Shown here: one piece after another, positions 1-8,908 of the stretch
Layout of the letters: each line of letters opens with the position of its first letter
Position numbering within the stretch: the stretch's first letter is position 1
From: Candidatus Omnitrophota bacterium
Lineage (GTDB): Bacteria; Omnitrophota; Gorgyraeia; 1-14-0-20-64-10
DNA: 64,000 bases
Direction: 5' to 3'
NCBI GenBank assembly: GCA_023248155.1
Contig: JAHFFE010000001.1
Span: 84,873-148,872 of the forward strand
Position numbers and translations under genes: made by a program
Notes under the pieces: model-generated
Databases searched by the model: none
Told to the model about the DNA's origin: nothing
The model's input: only the letters and a program-made list of their open reading frames with translations

Positions 1-1614
1 CTGCGCCTCGCGCTTCCCGACAATCAACATGTACGGAATTTTTTCCAGCTGCGCATCGCGGATGCGCGCCTGCAATGTTTCGCGGCGATCATCCGTTTCC
101 ACGCGGAACCCGGCTGTTTTCAGCCGCGCGGCCGTTTCCTGCGCATACGATTCCTGATCCTGCGAAATCGGGATCAACACCGCCTGCACCGGCGACAACC
201 ATGCCGGGAACGCGCCACCGTAATGCTCGATCAGCGTTCCCATAAACCGCTCGAGCGATCCGAAGATCGCGCGGTGAATCATGATCGGCACCGCCGTGCT
301 GCCGTCGTCCTCGACATATTTTAAATCGAACCGCTGCGGCAAAACAAAATCGAGCTGCGCCGTGGCGCACTGCCAGTACCGGCCGATCGTATCGCGCACA
401 TGCACATCAATCTTCGGTCCGTAAAAAGCGCCGGCGCCCGGGCTCTCGACGAACGGAATGTCGCGCGACTTCAGCACCTGCCGTAAAATCTCTTCGGCCT
501 TGTCCCACTGCGTCGCATCGCCCATAAAATCGTCGGGCCGCAAACTCATCTCTACTTTGTAATCATTAAAACCAAAATCTTTAAAAGTCTGCTGGATCAA
601 ATCCAGAACGCCGTTGATCTCGCCTTCCAGCTGGCTGAACCGGCAAAAAATATGCGCATCATCCTGCGTGAACCCGCGCACGCGCAGCAATCCATGCAGC
701 ACACCCGACTTCTCGTTGCGGTAAACCGTTCCCAGTTCAAACAGCCGGATCGGGAATTCACGATAACTGCGCATCGCCGTCTGATAAATCAGGATGTGGC
801 CGGGGCAATTCATCGGCTTGACGCCCCACTCCTGTTCATCCTCGGTCTTGAACGTGTACATATTCGCCTTGTAATGCGAATAGTGCCCCGACTTGACCCA
901 GATATTGCTGCGAATCAAATGCGGCGTCAGCACCGGCAGATACCCGCGCATCAGGTGCTGCTGCCGCGAATAATCTTCGATCAGCTGCCGCAGCATCGCG
1001 CCGCGCGGCTGATAAAAAACCAGGCCCGCGCCCGCTTCTTCCAAAATGGAAAAGAGTTTTAAGCTGACACCCAGTTTCCGGTGATCGCGTTTCTTAGCCT
1101 CTTCACGCGCCGTTAAAAACGCGTCAAGATCCGGCTGGCTGTAAAACGCCGTTCCGTAAATCCGGGTCAGCTGCGGATTTTTCTCGCTGCCGCGCCAATA
1201 AGCGCCGGCGACCGAGAGCAGCTTCACCGCTTTCAGCTGCTGCGTCGACTGCAGGTGCGGACCTTCGCACAAATCAAGAAAATCGCCGTCCGTATAAATC
1301 GAAACTTTCTCGTCAGCAATTCCGCGGACGATCTCGGCTTTGTACGGCTCCCCTTTTTTGAGAAAAAACTGCTCCGCTTCCTTCTTCTCCATCCAAGTCT
1401 GCTCAAACTTGTAATCGGAGGCGATGATCTTGGCCATTTCGGCCTCGATCTTCGGCAGATCCTCGTCGGTCAGCGGCTGTTCCGGATCGACATCATAATA
1501 GAACCCCTCCTCGATCGGAGGACCGATGGCCAATTTTGTTTTCGGCCAGATCCGCTTCATCGCCTGCGCCAGCACATGCGCGGCGCTATGTCGTAACCGG
1601 TGCAAATCGTCCAT
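1..1614 (-). CDS. thrS: Threonyl-tRNA synthetase (3' end runs off the window; alternative start at 1623)
   Basis: Manual translation of the minus strand: MDDLHRLRHSAAHVLAQAMKRIWP, GFYYD, DLCEGPH, SVAGAYWRG, RDHRKLG, KPMNCPGH, GLLRVRGFTQDDAH, GAFYGPK. Missing from the ORF track because no stop lies in the window. Confidence 0.97.
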   Translation of the reverse strand, partial: MDDLHRLRHSAAHVLAQAMKRIWPKTKLAIGPPIEEGFYYDVDPEQPLTDEDLPKIEAEMAKIIASDYKFEQTWMEKKEAEQFFLKKGEPYKAEIVRGIADEKVSIYTDGDFLDLCEGPHLQSTQQLKAVKLLSVAGAYWRGSEKNPQLTRIYGTAFYSQPDLDAFLTAREEAKKRDHRKLGVSLKLFSILEEAGAGLVFYQPRGAMLRQLIEDYSRQQHLMRGYLPVLTPHLIRSNIWVKSGHYSHYKANMYTFKTEDEQEWGVKPMNCPGHILIYQTAMRSYREFPIRLFELGTVYRNEKSGVLHGLLRVRGFTQDDAHIFCRFSQLEGEINGVLDLIQQTFKDFGFNDYKVEMSLRPDDFMGDATQWDKAEEILRQVLKSRDIPFVESPGAGAFYGPKIDVHVRDTIGRYWQCATAQLDFVLPQRFDLKYVEDDGSTAVPIMIHRAIFGSLERFMGTLIEHYGGAFPAWLSPVQAVLIPISQDQESYAQETAARLKTAGFRVETDDRRETLQARIRDAQLEKIPYMLIVGKREAQ

Positions 1615-1635
1615 AAAATCCATTCGTAATAAAAG

Positions 1636-1712
1636 TGGTGGGCCCAAGAGGACTCGAACCTCTGACCTCTTCCATGTCAAGGAAGCGCTCTAACCAACTG
1701 AGCTATGAGCCC
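1636..1712 (-). tRNA. tRNA-Val(GAC), CCA encoded
   Basis: Reverse complement GGGCTCATAGCTCAGTTGGTTAGAGCGCTTCCTT-GAC-ATGGAAG...GGTTCGAGTCC...GGGCCCACCA folds as a cloverleaf. Confidence 0.97.
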
Positions 1713-1731
1713 GATAACCGCTCAAAAAATC

Positions 1732-1815
1732 TGCCGAGGGCGGGGGTCGAACCCGCACGCCCTTACGGGCACAAGATTTTAAGTCTTGCGCGTATGCCAA
1801 TTTCGCCACCCCGGC
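1732..1815 (-). tRNA. tRNA-Leu(TAA), long variable arm, CCA not encoded
   Basis: Reverse complement GCCGGGGTGGCGAAATTGGCATACGCGCAAGACT-TAA-AATCTTG...GGTTCGACCCCCGCCCTCGGCA. Confidence 0.96.
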
Positions 1816-1821
1816 CAAAGA

Positions 1822-1896
1822 TGGAGGTGCGGATCGGAATCGAACCGATGAATAACGGTTTTGCAGACCGTTGCCTTACCGCTTGGCTACCGCACC
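1822..1896 (-). tRNA. tRNA-Cys(GCA), CCA encoded
   Basis: Reverse complement GGTGCGGTAGCCAAGCGGTAAGGCAACGGTCT-GCA-AAACCGT...GGTTCGATTCCGATCCGCACCTCCA. Confidence 0.96.
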
Positions 1897-2568
1897 ATTT
1901 TTGCTAAAAGAGGCGACAATTGTTTCCAGCGTATCTAAAATTCTTGCCGACAATACCTCTTTCGTCACCGAACGAAACGGCTGGTTCTTGCCGGAACGGG
2001 TGATGATCACGCCGTCCACCGGGGTCAAACCAAATGGGCCTTTTCCTTTTTTCGGCACATACTGCGTGGCGACAATCGCATCCAGGTTTTTGGCCTTTAA
2101 TTTCGTGCGCGCGTTTACAATCATGTTCTGTGTTTCCAGCGCAAATCCGATCACCACCTGGTTCGGCTTGCGCTGCGACGAAGCATCGGCCAGAATATCC
2201 GGATTCTCCACCAGTTCCAGCTGCCAAAGCCGCAATGACCCCACAGCGCCGGACCGCTTGATTTTTTGGTTCGCCACGCGGACCGGCCGGAAATCACCGA
2301 CGGCCGCCGACATGATCAGCGCGTCCGATTTCGGAAATGCGCGCCCCACCTCCTGGTGCATCTCGGCCGCCGTTTCCACTAGAATTCTTTTTACGCCTTT
2401 CGGGCAATCCAACTCGGTCGGGCCGCTGATCAGCGTGACGTCATAACCGCGCTTGCGCGCCAGATCGGCCAGCCGGTATCCCAGCGTGCCGGTCGAATAA
2501 TTTGAAATATACCGCACCGGGTCAATCGGTTCGCGCGTCGGACCGGCCGTAATCAACAATTTTTTCAC
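1876..2568 (-). CDS. coaB: Phosphopantothenate--cysteine ligase (CoaB half)
   Basis: LITAGPTREPIDPVRYISNYSTG, SAAVGDF, ENPDIL, GFALET motifs. Confidence 0.93.
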   Translation of the reverse strand: MKKLLITAGPTREPIDPVRYISNYSTGTLGYRLADLARKRGYDVTLISGPTELDCPKGVKRILVETAAEMHQEVGRAFPKSDALIMSAAVGDFRPVRVANQKIKRSGAVGSLRLWQLELVENPDILADASSQRKPNQVVIGFALETQNMIVNARTKLKAKNLDAIVATQYVPKKGKGPFGLTPVDGVIITRSGKNQPFRSVTKEVLSARILDTLETIVASFSKNGAVAKR

Positions 2569-3104
2569 TTTTTCAGCTCCTGGCGAATTGCCTGCACAAT
2601 CGCTTCGGTTTCGGCGATATGTCCCATTCCCACCTGCCGGCAGGCCACTTCCCCATGCACGGGTCCGACAAATTGAACTCCCAATTTCTTGAGCTTCGCG
2701 ACATTCTGCTGATTGACCGGATGCTCGTACATCGCCGGATTCATGGCCGGCGCGATTAATACCGGCGCGCGCGTCGCGAATAAAACGCTGGTCAGCAGAT
2801 CATCGCAAATTCCGTTGGCAAATTTGCCGATCACATTCAGCGTAGCCGGCGCGACCACGACCAGATCCGCTTCCGACGAAAGCGCCGTGTGCAAAAGATC
2901 CCACTCTTCAGGCGCTTCAAACAGATCGGCATAGGCCTTGCGGCCCGACAACGTCTGAAACGTCAGCGGCGTGACGAACCGCGCCGCTTCTTTCGTCATG
3001 ACCACCTGCACCTGCGTATCCGATTCCTTGCGCAGCTGGCTGACTAAATCACAGGCCCGGTAACAGGCAATCGAGCCGGTTACACCGACGATGATTCGCT
3101 TCAA
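2565..3104 (-). CDS. coaC: Phosphopantothenoylcysteine decarboxylase (CoaC flavoprotein half)
   Basis: IIVGVTGSIACY, APATLN, PAMNPAMY, GEVAC...G.G motifs. Confidence 0.93.
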   Translation of the reverse strand: MKRIIVGVTGSIACYRACDLVSQLRKESDTQVQVVMTKEAARFVTPLTFQTLSGRKAYADLFEAPEEWDLLHTALSSEADLVVVAPATLNVIGKFANGICDDLLTSVLFATRAPVLIAPAMNPAMYEHPVNQQNVAKLKKLGVQFVGPVHGEVACRQVGMGHIAETEAIVQAIRQELKK

Positions 3105-3334
3105 CTCTTATCGCCCTTGGCTTTCTTGGTGATCTTCAATTCCACTTTCCCTTCGGCGATTTCACGCAGCGCCGTGATGGCCGGCTTGTCCTTCAACCCG
3201 CCCTCGACCAGCTTCTGTCCACCCTGGCTGAGCTCCAGCGCCCGCCTGGCGGCGCCGATCACTAACTTGTACCGGGATGTCATTTTTGTAGCCAAGAGCT
3301 CCACCGGTACCTGATGCGATTTTTCAATGCTCAT
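3101..3334 (-). CDS. rpoZ: RNA polymerase omega subunit
   Basis: SRYKLVIGAARRALEL and KPAITALREIAEG motifs; gmk-rpoZ-coa synteny. Confidence 0.93.
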   Translation of the reverse strand: MSIEKSHQVPVELLATKMTSRYKLVIGAARRALELSQGGQKLVEGGLKDKPAITALREIAEGKVELKITKKAKGDKS

Positions 3335-3349
3335 CCGTGTTTCCTCCGT

Positions 3350-3940
3350 TTATTGAACCCGATACCGTTGCGCCCGGATAATCGTCCGGATCGCTTCAGT
3401 CGCTTCTTTCAATTGACCGTTGACGACGGCATAATCGTATTCGTTCATGGCGGTCAGTTCTTTGCGCGCCAGATTCAATCGCTCTGTAATCTCGCGCGGC
3501 GTTTCAGTTCCCCGTTTTCTCAGCCGCTGTTCCAGAACGCGCATTGACGGCGGCAACAAAAAAATTGTTGTCAGCGGCAATCCGCATTTTTTCACCTGGC
3601 GCGTGCCCTGAATATCAATGCTCATCAGCGCGTTGTGTCCGGCCTTCAGCGCTTTCGCGATCGGCGCTTTCGGCGTTCCATAAAAACTTCCCAGCACGCG
3701 CGCATATTCCAAAAACGCGCCGCGGCGGATCTGTTTCTTGAAATAGGCCGCGCTGACAAACCAGTAATCGCGGCCGTTTTTCTCGCGCCCGCGCGGTTCG
3801 CGCGTCGTCATTGAAATCGACCGGGCAAACCGCGCGTCGACTTTCATCAATAAATTGACGACCGTTGTCTTGCCGGTTCCCGACGGGGCGGAAACAATGA
3901 ACAACCGGCCGCGCGTTTTCTTGGAACTGGTTCTATTCAA
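3350..3940 (-). CDS. gmk: Guanylate kinase
   Basis: SAPSGTGKTT P-loop, TTREPRGRE.NGRDY.F, FYGTP. Confidence 0.96.
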   Translation of the reverse strand: MNRTSSKKTRGRLFIVSAPSGTGKTTVVNLLMKVDARFARSISMTTREPRGREKNGRDYWFVSAAYFKKQIRRGAFLEYARVLGSFYGTPKAPIAKALKAGHNALMSIDIQGTRQVKKCGLPLTTIFLLPPSMRVLEQRLRKRGTETPREITERLNLARKELTAMNEYDYAVVNGQLKEATEAIRTIIRAQRYRVQ

Positions 3941-4856
3941 TGTTCGCTGCCTGTTCCTTCATTTTTTCAACCTGGCCCTTCAGGCCTACCACCCATCCGG
4001 TGACCTGCGGATCGCGCAGCTTGGTGCCCAGCGTATTCACTTCGCGCTGCATTTCCTGCGCCAGAAAATCAATGGTCCTGCCGACGCTGCCCTGCCCCTG
4101 CTTGGCCAATCCGTTTTCCAGCTGTCCTTCAATCGCTTTTTGCAGCGCAACCAAATGCGAATCGAGACGCGCCAGTTCTTCCGACACATCGCTCGACTGC
4201 ACGATCGACACGGCTTCGGACAACAACGCGGTACGATCGGCCGGTGTCGTCGAAAAATCGACGCGCGTCAGCGCGTTGCGCACCCGTTCGGCCAGCCGCT
4301 GCTGCATCGCGCGCTCGGCCGCCGGAACGCGTGCTTTAATTTTCAAAACCACCGCTTTAAAATCGGTCGCCAGCTTGCGGAATGTTTTTTGAAGACGCGC
4401 GCCTTCTTTGCGGCGCATCTGCATCATCGATTCCGCGGCCTGATCGACGGCGCGATACACGTCGGGCCATTGCCGCGCAGTCAATCCGCCTGTTTTTCCG
4501 GAGACCGTCACCTGCGGCAGATTCAATACCATCGGCAGCGTGATCTCTCCACGCAAACCCAATTTTTTCTGAAACGCGCGCAGCTGCTTGATATATTGAC
4601 GCGCCGTTTCCGTTTGAAATGTCACCGGAACCGATTCCGTCGACGAGCGGACCTGCACCGCCACGCGAACCTGGCCGCGCCGCGCTTTTTTTCCGACCAG
4701 GCCGCGGATCAAATCTTCGTACGGCTGAAATCCGTCTGGCATCCGCGTTTCCACTTCCAGAAACCGGGAGTTCACACTGCGGATTTCCACAGTGACTGTT
4801 CCCGACAGCGGCAGCGAACGTTCCGCCCTGCCGAATCCCGTCATGCTGGTCAGCAT
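3933..4856 (-). CDS. yicC: YicC/YloC family endoribonuclease
   Basis: SMTGFGR, EIRSVNSRFLE, DVSEELARL, GRTIDFLAQEMQREVNTLGTK; lies upstream of gmk as usual. Confidence 0.93.
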   Translation of the reverse strand: MLTSMTGFGRAERSLPLSGTVTVEIRSVNSRFLEVETRMPDGFQPYEDLIRGLVGKKARRGQVRVAVQVRSSTESVPVTFQTETARQYIKQLRAFQKKLGLRGEITLPMVLNLPQVTVSGKTGGLTARQWPDVYRAVDQAAESMMQMRRKEGARLQKTFRKLATDFKAVVLKIKARVPAAERAMQQRLAERVRNALTRVDFSTTPADRTALLSEAVSIVQSSDVSEELARLDSHLVALQKAIEGQLENGLAKQGQGSVGRTIDFLAQEMQREVNTLGTKLRDPQVTGWVVGLKGQVEKMKEQAANIE

Positions 4857-4875
4857 TATTTCACTCCCAAAAACG

Positions 4876-4908
4876 AAATCCCCTCGCGTAATTTACTCAA
4901 GGGGATTT
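4876..4908. terminator. Near-perfect 33-bp palindrome between ndk and yicC (terminator-like or REP-like)
   Basis: AAATCCCCTCGCGTAA-T-TTACTCAAGGGGATTT: 16-bp arms with 2 mismatches; T-rich tails on both strands. Confidence 0.55.
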
Positions 4909-4923
4909 TATGCTTTTTTACAA

Positions 4924-5424
4924 TCAAGCCCATTCGAGAACAGGAACTTCTTTATGCGCCTGCTTCGTCGGGTAAAGATCCCGGATGATTTCATCCGGCC
5001 GGAACCATAATTTGATTTCGCGCTCGGCCTCCACCGGATCGCTCGAGGCATGAATCACATTTTCAAACAAACCGGTCGTCCGGATCCGGCCATACGCGCC
5101 GCGGATCGAGGTCGGCGCCGCTTTTTCAGGATTTGTTTCGCCGGCCAGCTCCCGCACCTTGGGAATAGCCTCTTCGCCCCAGTAAACCAGCGCCATAATT
5201 TTATGGCTGCCGTGCAATTCACCCTGCATGTACTGAACCAGTTCGTTGTAAAACGGCTGAGCCTTGAGCTGCTTGTAATGCTCCTGGGCCAGTTCGCGGG
5301 AAACCCGGCACATTTTGGCGGCCACGATTTCCAGTTTGGTCTCGGAAAGGCGCGTCAAAATATTGCCTGTCAGCGATCGGACTAATCCATCCGGTTTGAT
5401 CAAAACAAGTGTTTGCTGTTTCAT
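4924..5424 (-). CDS. ndk: Nucleoside-diphosphate kinase
   Basis: TLVLIKPDG, G.TNP..AAP.SIRG.YG, ENVIHASS. Confidence 0.96.
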   Translation of the reverse strand: MKQQTLVLIKPDGLVRSLTGNILTRLSETKLEIVAAKMCRVSRELAQEHYKQLKAQPFYNELVQYMQGELHGSHKIMALVYWGEEAIPKVRELAGETNPEKAAPTSIRGAYGRIRTTGLFENVIHASSDPVEAEREIKLWFRPDEIIRDLYPTKQAHKEVPVLEWA

Positions 5425-5469
5425 AAATTCTATTCTCGCAGAAACCCTTAATTATACGATATATAAATT

Positions 5470-6321
5470 TTAAGTCAACCGCTGAATCAGACGATCCAGA
5501 TCCTTCAGCGAGTAGTAGGCAATCCGGACCCAGCCGCGCGATTTTCCATGCAGCAGCTGAACATTCGTCCCCAGCGCTTTCTGCAGTTTGTGTTCCACGT
5601 CCGCCAGATGCGGATCTTTGGTTTGGCGGGCGCGGGACGCCGGCCTGCGCGCCGATACAGCCTGTTCCACATCGCGAACCGATAATCCGCCGGAAATAAT
5701 TTTCTTTGCCATCTCCAACTGCGCTTTTTCCGATTCCAACCCCAGCAGCGTCCGGCCATGGCCAAACGTTAATTTTCCGCTGGCCAAATCCTGCTGAATT
5801 GAAGCCGGCAATTTCAGGAGCCGGATAGTATTGGCAACCGTTGCTCTGTCTTTTCCAACCACTTCGGCAGCTTTATCCTGGGTCAACCCGAACTCCTGAA
5901 CAAGCCTCTGATAAGCCAAAGCCTGTTCAATTGGGTTTAGGTTTTCCCTCTGTAAATTCTCAATTAACGCTAACTCTAATGATTTTTTATCATCAACATC
6001 TCTAATAAGTGCAGGCGCTTCGTCGAATCCAGCCAATTTAAGTGCTCGGAACCGTCTTTCTCCTGCAATAAGCTCATATTTTACAGTTTCATCACCACTT
6101 TGATCAATTTTCCTTACTAAAAGTGGGTAAATTAAACCACTCTCTTTTATAGAATTGGCTAATTCCTGGATCTTTGATTCGTCGAGGTTTTTACGGGGCT
6201 GAAATCGATTGGCCCGAATCGACCGAAGAGGAATCTTGATTATTTCCTCCTTCGATATCGGGCTTCCTTCCGGAATCAATGCCCGAATCCCTTTGCCCAG
6301 ACCGCGCGTGATCTCCGGCAT
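5470..6321 (-). CDS. parB: Chromosome partitioning protein ParB/Spo0J
   Basis: GLGKGI.ALI, QPRK, LIAGERRFRA, ALIENLQRENLNPIE, HTH with GKDRATVANTIRLL. Confidence 0.97.
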   Translation of the reverse strand: MPEITRGLGKGIRALIPEGSPISKEEIIKIPLRSIRANRFQPRKNLDESKIQELANSIKESGLIYPLLVRKIDQSGDETVKYELIAGERRFRALKLAGFDEAPALIRDVDDKKSLELALIENLQRENLNPIEQALAYQRLVQEFGLTQDKAAEVVGKDRATVANTIRLLKLPASIQQDLASGKLTFGHGRTLLGLESEKAQLEMAKKIISGGLSVRDVEQAVSARRPASRARQTKDPHLADVEHKLQKALGTNVQLLHGKSRGWVRIAYYSLKDLDRLIQRLT

Positions 6322-7081
6322 GGATGGTCTCCTTTATTTTTTTAGCTAAATCAGCGTAAGCCTTTGCACCAGAAGAAGTTGGGTCATATAAAGAAATCGG
6401 AAGGCCGCGGCTTGGAGCCTCGCTCAAACGAACCGATCGCGGAATAACGACGTCATAAACTTTAGATCCAAAATAACCGCGAACTTCTTCAATAACGTCG
6501 TTAGTCAACTTAGTTCTAAAATCGGCCATCGTCATCAAAACACCTTCGGTCTGCAACCCAGGATTTAAATCTTCCTGGACCGCCTTGATTGTCTCAAGAA
6601 GCTGGGTTAAACCTTCGAGCGCATAATATTCGCACTGCAGCGGAATTAAAATAGAATCGGCCGCCGTTAGCGCATTCACGGTCAGCAGGCCCAGGGAAGG
6701 AGGGCTGTCAATAATAATCAGGTCATACGAATTTTTTACCGGATCAAGCGCTTTTTTGAGTTTCCGCTCACGCCCCATAATTGAAACCAACTCCACCTCA
6801 GCGCCGCTGAGCGAGGAATGGGAGGGGACTAGCGATAAATTCTTAACTTGTGTATCTACAACCACTTTCAATACCGGAACCGAGTCGAGAAGCACCTGGT
6901 AAATTGACTTTTCGATCGCCTTTTTGTCAATACCGACGCCGCTGGTTGCATTGGCCTGCGGGTCGAGGTCGACTAGAAGAACCCGAACGCCTTCCGTCGC
7001 CAGCGCGGCAGACAGATTGACGGCAGTGGTTGTTTTTCCAACACCGCCTTTTTGATTACAGACAGCGACAATTTTTCCCAT
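6191..7081 (-). CDS. parA: Chromosome partitioning ATPase ParA/Soj (C-terminus as assembled overlaps parB)
   Basis: NQKGGVGKTTT, DLDPQANAT, IDSPPSLG, QCEYYALEG, SEAPS.G. Confidence 0.96.
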   Translation of the reverse strand: MGKIVAVCNQKGGVGKTTTAVNLSAALATEGVRVLLVDLDPQANATSGVGIDKKAIEKSIYQVLLDSVPVLKVVVDTQVKNLSLVPSHSSLSGAEVELVSIMGRERKLKKALDPVKNSYDLIIIDSPPSLGLLTVNALTAADSILIPLQCEYYALEGLTQLLETIKAVQEDLNPGLQTEGVLMTMADFRTKLTNDVIEEVRGYFGSKVYDVVIPRSVRLSEAPSRGLPISLYDPTSSGAKAYADLAKKIKETIHAGDHARSGQRDSGIDSGRKPDIEGGNNQDSSSVDSGQSISAP

Positions 7082-7091
7082 AGAGGCCTAT

Positions 7092-7107
7092 TGTTCCACG
7101 TGAAACA
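7092..7107. promoter_or_regulatory. parS centromere site
   Basis: TGTTCCACGTGAAACA matches the TGTTNCACGTGAAACA consensus; 10 nt upstream of the parA start. Confidence 0.93.
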
Positions 7108-7122
7108 ATTTCCTGAAACGTT

Positions 7123-8640
7123 TTATTTTACAGATCGACGAACAAGTAGCTGCTGAGTTGATGTCAGCGCTGAACTGATGACCCAGTATATCATGAAACC
7201 GGATGGCAGATTATAAAACAGGAAGAGAAACATAAGCGGCATAAACTTAAACATCTGCTGCTGGATTCTTTGTTCTTCGGTCAATTCACCGATCTGCGGA
7301 GGCTGCATCGCTTTTTGCTGAATAAATGATAGCACCGTGGAGATGACCGGTAAAACATTCAGACTGGCCCCAATTAACGGAAGAACAAGCGGAAGCCGGA
7401 TAAGCCCATCGGGCGCAGAAAGATCTCTGATAAACAGGAAACTGGCGCCTCGAAGCTCAGGCGTACGGTTTAACACTTGATAAAGGGCAATGTAGATCGG
7501 CATCGTGAAAACAAACGGAAGGCAGCCGATACAGCCCGAAGCCGGATTAACCCCATGCTTCTTATAGAGCAGCATTAATTCCTGTTGCAGTTTCGCAGGA
7601 TTATTTTTGTGCTCCTGACGAATTCGGGTTTCCTGCGGCTTGATCATCGCCATTTTTTTCATCGTCTGCTGACTGGCGCGCATTCCGTACCAGGTCAGCG
7701 GAGTAAACGGCAGCCAGACGGCCACAGCCAAAAAACAGATTGCCAGGCCATAATTATGCAACCGATTATGACCCCAGTTCAAAAAATTAAGAATAATTCT
7801 TGTAATTCCTGAAAAGGCGCCAAACGAAATTACTTCTTCCAGTCCGGCTTTCTTGAGCGGCCCAATCGCCATGGGGCCGGCATAGAGCTTAAACTGCCAC
7901 TGGATCTCCTGACCGGGAAGCAGTTCTTTTTCGGGAAGCTCAACCCATCCCACTGAGCTGCCGCTCTGCAAATGTTCCATGTGGAACAATCCTTCCGGCT
8001 GGTCTATTACCAGAATTGTTGCGTAGGATCGGCCTTGCGACATGACACGCGATGGGCTGCCTTTAAAGGATTTTGTCGCTTCGTGTGCAGAAAAACGGCG
8101 CTCTTTTCCATCCAGAAAAACAGATCCGCCCAAAAACTGTTTCTCATGTTCATGGTCTGTTTTTAATGGCCGGTATGCTAGAATTTTTAGCGCTATTTTT
8201 TGTGATTCTTTTCCATCATTTTTTACACTTAAGATAACTGTTTTCAAGTGGTTAGAGTTTTTATTCTCTTCTATTTTCCGCTCGATTTTCAGGCCATCTT
8301 CCTGCATCGAAACGCCGTCTTGAAAATTAACCATCGATTGGCGCGGCGCGGTCCGGACCACCTGAAGAAATCCCGGCAAGCCGTCCTGCTCCATAATAAG
8401 AACACCGCTTACCTTAATGGATTGAATGCTGCCTGTTTTTTCGCCGACACCAAGCAGAATATCTCCTGATTCAACGGTTTTCGTAGATTCTTTTTCCAAT
8501 CTGTTTTCAGAAATAGTTTCGGCTGTTTTTTGGGAAATGGCCGCTTGCTCTACCGGCTTATTTGGGAATATGGATGTCCAGGTGAACATAATGATTGCGC
8601 TAATTATAAATACTGATATTATTCTATGTTCATTTTTCAT
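7123..8640 (-). CDS. yidC: Membrane protein insertase YidC (with periplasmic domain)
   Basis: LYAGP, NYGLAI, LYKKHGVNP..GC..LP, DLSAPD, PSGFMIYW; rnpA-yidD-yidC synteny. Confidence 0.95.
   Translation of the reverse strand: MKNEHRIISVFIISAIIMFTWTSIFPNKPVEQAAISQKTAETISENRLEKESTKTVESGDILLGVGEKTGSIQSIKVSGVLIMEQDGLPGFLQVVRTAPRQSMVNFQDGVSMQEDGLKIERKIEENKNSNHLKTVILSVKNDGKESQKIALKILAYRPLKTDHEHEKQFLGGSVFLDGKERRFSAHEATKSFKGSPSRVMSQGRSYATILVIDQPEGLFHMEHLQSGSSVGWVELPEKELLPGQEIQWQFKLYAGPMAIGPLKKAGLEEVISFGAFSGITRIILNFLNWGHNRLHNYGLAICFLAVAVWLPFTPLTWYGMRASQQTMKKMAMIKPQETRIRQEHKNNPAKLQQELMLLYKKHGVNPASGCIGCLPFVFTMPIYIALYQVLNRTPELRGASFLFIRDLSAPDGLIRLPLVLPLIGASLNVLPVISTVLSFIQQKAMQPPQIGELTEEQRIQQQMFKFMPLMFLFLFYNLPSGFMIYWVISSALTSTQQLLVRRSVK
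7973..7988. promoter_or_regulatory. Second parS-like site inside yidC
   Basis: TGTTCCATGTGGAACA, a near-perfect palindromic parS variant. Confidence 0.78.
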
Positions 8641-8692
8641 AATATATCTTTCTATATAGAGTTAAACAAAATGTTCGTTTCTGCTAATTTTA

Positions 8693-8908
8693 TTAATCGA
8701 GAGTATCGAATCCGCCTTTATTCCATGGATTGCATCGAAAGATTCTGAAAAAAGCCAGGCGCAATCCGCGAACTGTTCCATGCCTGGAAACAGCCTCCGC
8801 TCCATAAACCGAACAACTGGGGTAAAACCGGCAGGAGGAGGGAATCGGAATTTGCGCCCGAATCAGTTGGTAGAGCCTAATTAAGGCCAGCGTTATTTTT
8901 GAGACCAT
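8693..8908 (-). CDS. yidD: Membrane protein insertion efficiency factor YidD
   Basis: CRFYPSCS.Y..EA...HG, RI.RCNPW..GG.D. Confidence 0.95.
   Translation of the reverse strand: MVSKITLALIRLYQLIRAQIPIPSSCRFYPSCSVYGAEAVSRHGTVRGLRLAFFRIFRCNPWNKGGFDTLD

Noticed and set aside
1635-1907. 90-aa plus-strand ORF (MVGPRGLEPLTSSM...)
   Set aside because: It is the antisense translation of three tRNA genes.
3855-4988. 377-aa plus-strand ORF and similar long antisense ORFs (e.g. 652-1062, 27519-28403, 58770-59426, 62843-63484)
   Set aside because: Shadow frames opposite well-supported GC-rich genes; no motifs or RBS.
5591-5600. TGTTCCACGT half-parS in parB, and CGTGAAACA at about 30767
   Set aside because: Only half of the 16-bp palindrome matches.
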